From: Parvularia atlantis
Lineage: Eukaryota
DNA length: 45,455 nucleotides
Reading direction: 5' to 3'
Assembly (NCBI GenBank): GCA_943704415.1
Contig: CALSCO010001249.1
Location: 1 to 45,455, forward strand
The notes under the pieces were generated by a model, which was not told the DNA's origin, ran no database searches, and saw only the letters and a list, made by a program, of their open reading frames with translations. The translations under genes and the position numbers were made by a program. Positions 24,920-37,595 of the stretch are shown here, one piece after another; position 1 is the first letter of the stretch, and every line of letters begins with the position of its first letter.

Positions 24920-26015
24920 TCACTCGCCGCTAAACAGCTTGTTCTCAAAGGTCACGTTGACGTCGTCCTCCTGCAGCGGGTTTACGACGATGTCGACGGG
25001 CTCGGGTGCGGGCGCGGGCTCCTCGACCGCGAGCAGGTGCGCGCCCGCGAGGCCGCGCACGGTCAGGTACATGTTCTTGATCGTGGCGATGCCGCTCGAG
25101 CGCTTGCGCGAGGTGTGCGCGCTGCCCTCGCTGCTCTTGCGCGAGTCGTCTGCACGGCGGGTGAGCGCGCGAGCGTACCGCCGCGATCTGCACGCGCGAC
25201 GCACTGTCCGAGTCGTCGCGCGCGCGCTCGTGCGTCGTGCCGCTGTACTTGGCCGCGTACTGCTCCCAGGCGGCGCGCCAACGGTCGCGGTCGGCCTCGG
25301 ACGCGGCCTCGAAGCTGAAGCTGCTGTCGCCCACGAAGACCGAGAAGGCGAGCGGGCGCGGCTTGGGCTTGCGCAGGGAGAGCGTCTGGGTGAGCGAGGT
25401 CGGGGCGACGTACTCCTGCACGGCGACCGTCCCGGCCAGCACGACCTCGTCGCGCAGCGTCGTCGCGTCGACCGTCCCCTCAGGCGTCGGGGTGTAGAGC
25501 GAGACCGTGGCCGGGTCGCCGTCCTTGAGCTCGACCAGGAACTGGAGCCACTTGTGGCTCTTGGCCTGCTGCACGTGCAGCAGCCCCAGGCACGCCTCGA
25601 GCTGCGCGAGCGGCGTCCGGCCGCGGTCGAGCCCCCCGCCACCGCCACGTGCCGCCGCCGCCGCCGCCGCCGCCGCCGCCTCGGCCTGCGCCTTGGCGCG
25701 CCGCGCCGCCGCCCACCGCGCCTTCTCCTCGGCCTCCTCAGCCTCCTGGCGCTCGAGCTCGGCGCGGCGCGCGGCCTGGCGGGCGATGATGAGCGCGTGC
25801 GGGTTGACGGCGCCGCTGAGGATCTCCTCCTGCACCGCGCGCGCGTGCGCCGCCTCCTCGTGCCGCACGCGCCGCTCGGCCTCCTCCGCGGCCGCCCGCT
25901 GCGCCGCCCGCTGCTCCTCCTCGCGGCGCCGCTGCATGGCCTCGAGCACGGCCAGGTGCGGGTTGTCGCCCGCCGCCACGGCCGCCGTTGGCGACTGCGG
26001 CTCAGTCTCGCTCAT
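24920..26015 (-). CDS. Coiled-coil + PH-domain protein (one intron, 25150-25204)
   Basis: E/R/A-rich coiled coil, then GLLHVQQAKSHKWLQFLVELK..VSLY..AFSVFVGDSSFSFEAASEADRDRWRAAW (PH C-terminal helix signature). Confidence 0.75.
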
Positions 26016-26049
26016 CGCAACACAAACACGCGTCCGCAGTGCGCCGCCG

Positions 26050-27014
26050 TCAGTCCAAGTGTACCAAGAAGCCCTGCTTCACTAGATGCTCCACGTCCGT
26101 GCGCCGCACAAAGTGCTGGCTGTTGCGCCGCAGGTGGATCGCACCCTGCGCCGTCGCGTTTGCGGGCGCGTGAGACACACGGCGTGCAAGCAACGCGCGC
26201 GCGCACACGCACCTGCTCCGTCTCGATCACGCCGCAGTCGTACACCACCCGCACCTCTACAAACAGCTCCTTGGGCGGCAGCGACGTCGCCATCAGGTCC
26301 AGGTCGAGGTACTTGGCTTTGTAGTCTGTTATCAAGCTGCGTGGCGGCTCAGTCGCCGCAGGTCGCGCACGCCGCCCGCGCACGCACGCGTTGTAGCTGC
26401 GCATATAGTCCACCTCGGGCTTGCTCAGCAGCGCGCGTACCGATGGCGGCGGCAGCGTGCCCAGCTCCCAGCACAGGCTCTGCACGGCGAGAACCCTCTG
26501 CACACATCGGCCGCGCTGAGCTCGGTGCCTGCGGCCGCGTCACGCGTCGTGCGCGCACCTGCATGTGGTACGCCAGCAGGCAGCGCTTGTTGCGCTGCAT
26601 CACGGCGTGGTAGATGACGACCTTCATGTCGCCGCGCATGCCCTGGATCCATCGCGGCCGCGTCAGTCCGTGCATCGCCCGCGCTGCGCACCGGCCGCGG
26701 CGCACCGGCTGCTGCAGCAGCGCGCGCGTCTCCTGGAACATCGTCACGGTCTCGCGCACGACGCTTCGCACGACCTCCTCGTTGTACGGCGACAGCCCGG
26801 CCGCCGACGCCGTGGCCGAATCGGCCGAGCTTGTCCCGCCGGGCCCTGCCGCCGCCGCGGCCGCCGCGATCGCCGCTGCCACTGCCGATGCGCCGCCGCC
26901 GCCGCCACCGCCGCCCGCCGCCGACACGGCCGCCGAGGACGCCGCCGCCGCCGCAGCAGCAGCGCTCGCCCGGCGCGCGTCGCGCACGAGTTTCAGAGCG
27001 TCGTCGCCCAGCAT
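26050..27014 (-). CDS. PSF1: DNA replication GINS complex subunit Psf1
   Basis: MLGDDALKLVRDARR..LSPYNEEVVRSVVRE..HAVMQRNKRCLLAYH..LLSKPEVDY..PPKELFVEVRVVYDCGVIETEQGAIHLRRNSQHFVRRTDVEHLVKQGFL. 4 introns. Confidence 0.94.
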
Positions 27015-30000
27015 GCCGGCGGCGGCTGACGTGTCATGGAACCTGCTCGCGGAGGCGGAGCGGCTGCTGTGCGAGGTGCGCCGCGCCCGTGCCCCGTGCG
27101 CCGGCTGAGGGGAGGACGTGGGCGGGGGGCGTGCGCAGCACGAGGACGCGTGGAAGCGGCACGACGGCGCGGTCGCGCGCGACACGCTGCAGCGGTTCCT
27201 GCGGTGCGGCGAACCGAGACGTGTGACGACAGCCGCGCGGCGCGGCAGCTGACGCGCCGGCCGACCGCAGCATCGTCACCGAGACCCTGCCGCGCCACCC
27301 GGACGCACTGAGGCTGGTGCGTGCGCACGACCCGGGCGCGCACGACGACGCGGCGCTGCGGGCGAGCCACGAGTACCAGCGCCTGATGCAGGTGCGCGGC
27401 CGCGTCGCCGCAGTCCGCTCCACCCCGCCCGCTGACGTCGCGGCAGCGCGCCGACGAGCTGCGGCCGCGGCTGGCGCAGGCCGCGCCGACCGTGGACCTC
27501 GACGCTGACGACGACTACGATGACGACGACGAGCTGGCGGCGTACATGGACGAGTACGACCCGCACAACGCCCTCGACTACCTCGACGACGACTTCCTGC
27601 ACCCTGCCGCACCCGCCGTGCCCAAGGCCGACCAGCGTGTGCCAGTTCAGCCGCCACACGCGCACTCGCCCGCGCCCAGGGCCGACCAGCGCGTGCCGCA
27701 CGCCGTGCTCGGCTCGCTGCACGACTTTGACCCGCTGCACGCGAACGTGCACGGCCCGCCGCCGCCGATCACGCGGGCACCGGCAAGGGCCGCTGCGGAC
27801 AACGGTGGGCCGCTCATCTTGCTCGACGACGACCATCGAGGCAGCAGCAGCAGCAGCGGCAGCAGCACCGGTGCGAAGCCGAGCCTCGGCTTCCCGAGCT
27901 TGCTGGTGGACGTATCGCCGCCGCCCGCCGCGCCTGCCATGGCGAGCCCGCCTAGCGCGATGCTCATCGACATCACACCGCCAGCAACGGCCGCGCGGCT
28001 CACGACAGCGGCAGCAGCGGCCGCCACGGTCACCAGCAGGGCAGCGGGCTCGTTCAGCGACGTCGACACGCTCTTCGACGCGCCGGCCGCGCAACGCCGC
28101 CCCGCAGTACCGCTCGCCGCCCCACCGGGCAGCGCGGGCAAGGCACCGCCGTCCAACGTGCGGCGGCCGTACGTACCGCCGGCGGCACCGGTCAAAGTCA
28201 CGCGCTCCGTCAACGAGATCATGGTGCGCCTCGCATCCGCTGCGTGCTCGGTCGTCTGACGCGCCGCGCACAGCAACACAAGCCCGGGTTGCGTCCGCAG
28301 CCGCTATCCATGACAAGCTACTCGGATCCGATCGCGCGTATGTCGTTCGCTGCAGCCCGTCCGACCCCGTTCGACAGCCCGTACCAGTTCTTCGAACGCT
28401 CGATCGTGTCGCCCGCGCCCGCGTCAACGCCGAGGCCCGCACAGGCGCCACGGCCTGTAACAGCGCCCCCCGTGGCAGCGCCCGTGGCACCGCCCGCGTC
28501 GCTGCCGCCGACGCCGCCGAGCGCGCAGCCGACCATGGCGTCGACGCCGTCGTCCAAGCCGAGCACGCCCTCGTCGGCGCCGCGCGGCCGACCCGCGGCG
28601 ACGGTGCCGCTGACCTCATTCGCACCAAACGCGTCACCGCTCGCGCCGATCCTGCCGCCGCTCGACGCGTCGTCGCCCGTGACCAACGGCGTGATCGGGT
28701 TCCGCAACCTCGGCAACACATGCTACATGAACTCGACCCTGCAGTGCCTCTCGGCCACGCTTATGCTCACGCGCAAGTTCCTTGACGGCAGCTATGTGCG
28801 CTGGATCAACACGACCAACCCGCTCGGGACCAAGGGCGCCCTCGCGCGCGCCTACGCCGACCTGCTCAACCAGATGTGGCACAGCCAGCAGGCGTTCCTG
28901 TCGCCGCACGTGTTCAAGGCGGCGATCGCGCAGTTTGCGACGCAGTTCCAGGGCGACGATCAACACGACTCTCAGGTACGGCTGACCCATACCGCTGGGC
29001 GAACGTACGTCTCATGCCGTTGGGCGCAGGAGCTGCTTGCGTTTCTCCTCGACGGCCTGCACGAGGACCTCAACCGCGTGCGCACCAAGCCGACCGTGAC
29101 GGACCCGGACAGCGATGGCACCAGCATCCCGGACGACGTACGTGTGCGCATGTTTCTGCCGCCGGCCTGCGACTGACGCCTGCGCCGAAGGACCTGGCCG
29201 AGGTGTCATGGCAGAACTACCTCCGGCGCAACGACTCGATCATCGTCGACCTGTTCCAGGGGCAGTACAAGTCAGTCGTGGCGTGCCTGGCCTGCGGCAG
29301 GGTGCGCACCTGCCGCATGCGGGGCCATGCTCACGCCGCCGCCGCGCAGAAATCTGTTAGCTTCAACGCGTTCATGTACCTGAGCGTGCCCGTGCCGCTC
29401 GCGCGCGACGCCTCGCTGGCGCAGTGCCTCGACATGTTCACGGCCGCCGAGACGCTGACCGAGGACGACGGGTGGTGCGCGCCGCGCGAGTGCTCGGACG
29501 TTTGGCCGATGTCTCACGCTCGCCCAGGTTCTGCCCGCGTTGCGAGACGCAGCGGCGCGCCACGAAGCAGCTGCAGCTGTGGCGCCTGCCGGACTACCTG
29601 CTGATCCACCTCAAGCGGTTCTCGTTCGACGGGCCGTGGCGGAGCAAGATCACGACGGACGTGCGCTTTCCGCTGCAGTGCGTGCGGCTCTGCGCGTTGG
29701 CACCACGGCCGTCAGCTCACACTGCCGGCTTGCTCGCAGGCTGCAGATCCGCTCGGCCAGCCCGCGCGACCGCCAGACGCACGTGTACGACCTCTACTCC
29801 GTGTCGGTGCGCGCTCGCTAGCTCGCATGCGGCATGGCGCGGTCGCTGAGCGTTGCACATGGACAACAGAACCACTTTGGCAGCCTCACGGGCGGGCACT
29901 GTGCGTTGACGCGCTCGCGCAGCCGCGCGCATCGCTCACCTTCGCGCACGCAGACACCGCGTGCTGCCAGAGTAGCTACTCGCGGCGCTGGCACTACTTT

Positions 30001-30170
30001 GACGACTCGCGCGTGTCGATCGTGCCCGAGAGCAACGTGCAGGCACGTGCGCCGTTCGCCCGCGGTCGTTGCTGGCTGACGCGCCGGGCCGGTGCCAGTC
30101 GCCCGCGGCCTACATCCTCTTCTACGCGCGGCGGAAGGCGGGCGGCGGGGCACCGCAGGCGTCGCTGTGA
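27013..30170 (+). CDS. Ubiquitin carboxyl-terminal hydrolase, USP8/Doa4-like (N-terminal USP8_dimer/MIT-like + C19 peptidase)
   Basis: N-terminal LLAEAERL..FLRIVTETLPRHPD (USP8/AMSH-type); catalytic [80 protein letters not shown]. Confidence 0.92.
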
Positions 30171-30235
30171 AAGCTTGCACTCATGTTGTACTGCATATAG
30201 CGCACACAAAGGGCGCGACGCCCGCGCAGTGCGGC

Positions 30236-31933
<1,698 letters not shown>

Positions 31934-32033
31934 CTAGGCCTGGATGAAAAGTGGAGCTTGCACACACCCCCGATCACGACGTGATCCTTGCACACGATGT
32001 ACAGAACACAGGCAGCGCGCACCAGCGCCCCAC

Positions 32034-33813
32034 TCAAAAAGCACCGTCGTCGTCCTCGTGCATGCGCAGAAACTTGTGGTACGACTCGCGCTGCATGTCG
32101 CCCGTCTCAGGGCTGAACCGGTACTTGTACAGGCTGCCGTCGCCGCAGAGCGCTGGCGACTCGGGGCGTCAGCGTCCCAGGCGGCGAGCACCCGCGCGGC
32201 GGCGCGCACCGATCACGGCGTTCTTGTCGTTGCCCGTGCCAAAGGCGGCGATCACGGCCGGCTCGGACACGTGGAAATGCGCGAACGACCACTCGGACCC
32301 AAAGTACTTGACGACGTCGCTCAGGAACGCGAGCCTGGCCGCGCACATGAGCGAAGCAGCTCTACGTGCGGGCGCACACGCACCCGCTGGTCGTGTTCTT
32401 GCCCGCGGCCAGGTTAAACACGTGCACGCTGCGCTTGTCGCTCGTCACGCACAGGCGCGTCGAGTCAAAGTTGAAGCTCAGGCTGCGCGGCGGCGCACCC
32501 TCGTCAGACGCGCGTCGTACACGCGCGAACGGATCGAACGCACCTCCAGATCGTGCAGGCGTCCATCCCGCGCCGCAGCTCGTTCAGCATCTGCCCGGTC
32601 TGCGCGTCAAACACGCGCACGAGCGTCCCCTGTTGCCGCGCGCAGTAGTAGATGTCAGTGCGAGGGGCCGGTGGCAGGCGCAGTGTCCGCGCCTTCTCCG
32701 ACGCCGAGGCGATTTTTGTGCCCTCGGCGTTGATCGCGATGCAGCTGAGCGCAGACTCGTGCGCCTGCGCGCGGCGCCATATCAGCGAGCGAGCGAGCAT
32801 GTGCGTGCACACGCGCACCCGGACGATGTTGGAGACGCGCCGCGCCTCGCCGATGTCGACGATTTGGATGTGCCCAGGCTGCCGCGCGGGGAAGGCCATG
32901 AACGCGTTGGTCGAGCTTGGACAGAGCGCACATATCCCTGCGCGGCGCGAGACCGCTGAGCGACGGCGGGGCGGTGGGCTCACGCGCACGCGCGCGCGCG
33001 CCTTTGTCGTTGTCGATCGTCTCGAAGACGTGGAGGCGCTGCGGGTTGTTGGTGAAGCTGTGCACGATGACCTTGTTGGCCAGCACGACGACGAGGCTGC
33101 GCCACCCGGCCGCGTGAGGCCGGGCGCGCGCGGGGCGGGCGTGCGAGCGCCGCACCGGTCCCTGCGCAGCCTGACCGCCTTGACCTCGCTGCGGAACGTG
33201 AGCTCAATCACGCACTTCTTCTTGACATCATCCCAGATGATCACCTGGGGCGCGCACGGGGGGACGGCGTCGGCCCGCGGCCCGCGGCGCGACGACGGCG
33301 CCACGCACGACGTTGGGCGGGTACTTTGGGTTGCGCCCGCCGCCGACCAGCGCGAGGTAGTTGCTGCGGAAGAGCATCTCGACGTAGCCGACGCCGCCGT
33401 CGTCAAACTCTGTGTGCGAGAGCGCCGTGATGAGCCGCGCGGCCCCCCTCCCCGCCGCAGCCGCGCCACGGCACCGGTCCGCATGCGCTCGTTCAGCGGG
33501 TCGGCGTTGTAGATGCGGAAGCCGTTCTCCAGCCCGGCCGTGAAGCACCCGTTGTCCTGCGCCGTGACATAAACAAGTCAAACGTCAGCGGGTGCGTCGC
33601 GCGACCACCCGCGTCCTGCCGAGCAACCCGCACCGAGCCTTTCGTCGGCCACGCGCGCAGCCAGGCCCGCGCCGCGCGCCCCGCACATCCACAACGCACT
33701 CCGGGCCCCCCGACGAGTGGCGCGCGCTCACAGACACACACCTGGTTGAAGCCGAGGAACAGCAGCCCGGCCGCGCGCGCCGACGCGACGTTGCGCAGCG
33801 AGATGGACGCCAT
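32034..33813 (-). CDS. WDR45: PROPPIN, WIPI3/WIPI4 (WDR45/WDR45B, Hsv2)-like
   Basis: [72 protein letters not shown] (LRRG motif)..SDKRSVHVF. Confidence 0.92.
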
Positions 33814-34295
33814 TCGGGGAGGGGGCGGGGCGCGCGCGTGACGGCACCCACCGCGCAGCGCTCTCGACGCGTCTGTGGCCTGGCCGGGCGCGAAGGCTAC
33901 GTCGAGGCTCGTGAGCTGAAGAACGTCAACGAAGCCTGTGAGCGAGCGTCAGCCACACTGCATTCGGTCGAGAACGAGCGCGTTCACGGTAGATAATGTC
34001 AAAAAGTCTCGACTTTCGATACAGTGACGGCGTTGCGCTTGCAAGGTGGCAAATTGCGTCGGCTTTTGCCGCTTGTCTGCCCGCTCTCTGCTTTGCTCTC
34101 TGCATGCGCGCGCGCACTGTGCTCGCTGCCGTGTGCGCGCAAGCTGCTGTCGCTCGCTGAATCAGCTTGCGGTGGGTGACATCCTTGGTGACCATCACCA
34201 ACGTCAGAGACCGCATTTTAGCGGGTCGAACGCGTGTCACAGCCCGCATTCCAACCTCGCCGCGCACGCCGCACACGCAGGCCGCACGTCACGAG

Positions 34296-34895
34296 ATGAA
34301 GAACTATGAGCCCTGGGGACTTGCACAGAAGCTGCTCATGCGGTCGACGCTGACCGCGCGCCGCTTCGCCGTGACGTCGCGCTCGTCGCTGCACCGCCTG
34401 CACGCGCGGCCAGTGCTGCCGTCGGCGCAAGACATGGCCCGTGTCAAGATGCATGCCACCCGCGCGCGTGGTCTGCGCCGATTCCAAACGCCCCAGGACG
34501 GACGGGTGACGTCAAGCTGGGCTGGAAACACGTCCAGCGACGCTGCTGCCGGTCAAGCCCCCGGCGCAAGCACTGGCGCCCACCCAGAAAACATCGTCTT
34601 CCTGCTGCCGTCGAGCTACGCCCGCTCGCCCGCGCGCCTGCGAGAGCTGGAACGGATCGGCCTCCACCCGCGCCCCGGACAGCGGCTTGCCGTGCGCGTG
34701 CCGTTCGCCATGGTGCTGCCGTTCCTGCCGCTCGAGTTTGCGGCAATGGACGTGGAGGCGCAGCGCGCGGCCCTGCCCGGCTTGCTGCGCGTGGTGGCCA
34801 ACACGGTCCTCCGCAGCCTGCTCACGCGCGCGCTTGGTCAGCAGGCAGCGGCGGCGGCCGCGGCCGGCAGCGTCACGCAGACGACCGGCTCATGA
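34296..34895 (+). CDS. Intronless orphan ORF (~199 aa), no recognisable family
   Basis: Open frame with coding-like codon use in the C-terminal half (ENIVFLLPSSY..RLAVRVPFAMVLPFLPLEF). It fills an otherwise empty gap between divergent WIPI and convergent RhoGAP. Start uncertain. Confidence 0.45.
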   Translation: MKNYEPWGLAQKLLMRSTLTARRFAVTSRSSLHRLHARPVLPSAQDMARVKMHATRARGLRRFQTPQDGRVTSSWAGNTSSDAAAGQAPGASTGAHPENIVFLLPSSYARSPARLRELERIGLHPRPGQRLAVRVPFAMVLPFLPLEFAAMDVEAQRAALPGLLRVVANTVLRSLLTRALGQQAAAAAAAGSVTQTTGS

Positions 34896-35091
34896 TTGTT
34901 TATTCATCCACATCCGCTGTTAAACCCAACCATGACCCTTGCACTCCCAGCAGCCTCGGTCGCGTCATAGCGGCGTCCGACCTTTCAAAAAGCACATGCA
35001 CCACCCTCTTGCGATCCCTGGACCTCCCCGTGTGTGACTACTGTGTGACTTTGACTTGTGTGTGACGCCTGACTGCACAAAAAGACACGCC

Positions 35092-37116
35092 TCATTGCGC
35101 CTGCTCCAGCAGGCTCGCGCGCACGGGGTTGCCCGTGTTGAGGTGCAGGATTAGGTTGCGCACAAACGACTGCTCAAACTTGGTATTCTCGAAGATCGTC
35201 TGCGGGTTGTCGGACGGACACCGCAGGAAGCTCGGCGCAAACACCATCGCCAAGTTGTTGACGTTCATCTTCGTCGCGGGCTGGTTGGCCGGGTCGGCGA
35301 TCGTCTGCCGCAGCCGTCAGCCGTGCGCGCGCGCTCAGCAGGCCCAAGCACACCTGCAGGAAGCTGATCACGTGGAAGATGACGCGCCGGCTGAGGTCGC
35401 TTAGGCGCGTGATCAGCAGCACCGTCTTGTCCGCGTCCTCGGCGTGCTGCACGGCCTCGGAACTGTTGGTGCCGGCGCGTCAGCCACGCCGCACTGCACG
35501 CGCGACGCAGCCGGTGCACGCACTAGAACTCGGCGGGGATGAGCGGGTCGGCGAGCTCGCGCAGCCACAGCTTTAGCAGCGACGCCGGCACACTCGCGTC
35601 GGCGATGCTGCCCAGCTCGTATGACGCGCGGTCCACGCGCAGCTGCAGCTCCGTCACCTGCTCGACGTCGCCCGGCACGCTGCGCAGACCCCGCTATGAG
35701 CGCCGACCGCGCCGCGGAGGCGCGCCGCACCGAAATATGCCCTCAAACTTCTGCCCGTTGAGCTGCAGCACACTTTCGCACAGGAACGAGAGGATGCGCG
35801 GCACAGGCTCGCTCGGCCGCTCCGCCTTCTGCTGGTCCATCACGTCCTCGAGCGTCTCGCCAAACAACGACGGCTTAAATGGCGCCTCCTGACAACGCCC
35901 CGCCGCCATCAGCTCCACCACGCCCGCGCGCACCGCGCTGTCCCCGCACCGCAAAGCGCTCGACCTCGGCCAGCGACGGCGACTTGCCCTTGGCGCCCAC
36001 GCGCGACATGCGCGGTAGCTTCTTCTTGCAGTATGCGGCCTGCTGGGCCGTCTGACGCGCGCGCGAGTCGTGAGCGCTGGCGCCGCGCCCCCGGCTTGCG
36101 CGCGCACCGTCTCGCTGTCGGTGCCGTCGACCGTGTCGTCAAAGAAGCGCAGCAGGTAGTGCTCGAGGTCCTTGGACGGCGGGAACGAGTTGACGTAGGT
36201 GCACATGAGCTCCCAGCCCAGCTTGAGGCTCTCCCTGCACGCGCGCGCGCGCGCGCGCCGGCGGTGTGGTGAGCGAGCGCACAAAGCGCCCTTGTGCGCA
36301 AGCGGCGACGCACTCGTGCGGGTTTTGCGTCAGCTGCTTGATCAGCTGCACGTAGAGCTCGTCGCGCAGCGCCGCCTTGCCCATACCGAGCTCGACCAGC
36401 GCCTGCGATGTGACGGGTCGGCGGCCGAGCGGGCGATGTGTGTGGGGGGACGCACGAGGTACTGCGGGGCTTGCCCTTTGAACTTCTGCGTGCCGGTGCG
36501 GTCGCCCATCGCGCGCTGCAGCAGCTTCCATGCGTTGACGGCCTCCTTGGCGGCGTCCTTGCTCAGGTTCAGCAGGGACGACGGGATCATGTCCTGCGGC
36601 CGCGCGGCGCGGGCGTTTGCGGCGGCAACGGGAATGTGCGAGCGCGGGCGCACGCGCACCTTTGTCCACCGCAGCATCGACTCCATCGGGACCTTTCTCC
36701 TCAGAATGCCCTTCTTGTGCGTGGTGAAGAACTTGCGCGCAAAGCCCTCCTGCGCCGTGCGCGTCGGGCGTGCTCAGCCGGCTGCATTCCTCGCGTGTCG
36801 CGCGTGCGCAAGAGCGCACCATGTGGAACTGCTGGATCTCCTGCTGCAGCAGCGTCGGCAGCCGCACGGGCCGCGGCATTTCGCCGTAGTTGTGCGGGTT
36901 GAGCGCGCTGAGTGCCACGGCGGCGTCTTGCGTCGCGTGCGCGCGGGGGGGGGGGGGGGGGGGAAGGTCAAAACCGCGCGCGCGCCCGAGGTCACCGCAC
37001 CGTTGTTGAGCACGGGCCCCGACACGCCCTTGGTCTTGGCGACGAAGAGCGTGTTGCGGCGCGCGCCGGCCGTCATCTGCGCGCGCCGCTGCTCAGCCCC
37101 CCTCCCTTCCCCCCTC

Positions 37117-37152
<36 letters not shown>

Positions 37153-37396
37153 GCACCTCGCTCAGGCCCACTACGCCCGTCTGCTGCGGCAGCGCGGCCG
37201 TGTCGAGCCCCGTGGCGGCGGCGCGGTCGAACGTGCGCTCGCCCGTGCGCGCGTTGACGTAGACGTTGCGGCCGCTGTCGGCGTCCAGCTGCTGCTCCCA
37301 ATCGGGCAGGAGCGGCGCGAGCAGCATCGCGGTTGTGCCGGGCGCGGCGGCGGCGGCGGGCGACGGCGGCGGCTGGTCGTCGGCGGCGGCGGACAT
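35092..37396 (-). CDS. ARHGAP39: WW - MyTH4 - RhoGAP protein (ARHGAP39/Vilse-like)
   Basis: WW LPDWEQQLDADSGRNVYVNARTGERTF; MyTH4 LRDELYVQLIKQLTQNP..SLKLGWELM..FPPSKDL; RhoGAP SLFGETL..EGIFRVPG..ASLLKLWLREL..TKMNVNNLAMVFAPSFLRC. Confidence 0.9.
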
Positions 37397-37595
37397 TCCA
37401 CGATAAAGACGCGGCCAATCGGAACGCGTGACGTAGCGATCGCGGATTGGCTGCACGCTGAGGCCGTGTGCTTTTTTCTGCTGGCGTGGTCGCGCGCCGC
37501 CTTGCGCGCTGTAAGCCGCATGCTCACGCGCCCGCCACGCCAGCAGCAGACAGACAGCAGACAGACAGACAGCGGCAGAAAGACAGCAGCACACC
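37397..37595. promoter_or_regulatory. Bidirectional promoter between ARHGAP39-like and WDR1 with opposed CCAAT boxes
   Basis: CCAAT 37415-37419 and ATTGG 37446-37450 flank ACGCGT (37424-37429) and TGACGT (37429-37434) in a 199-nt divergent gap. Confidence 0.55.

Noticed and set aside
33580..33650. Hammerhead ribozyme in the WIPI intron (CGAAA and CTGAC near a hairpin)
   Set aside because: It lacks the CUGANGA core and the three-stem topology. CTGAC is the branch site.
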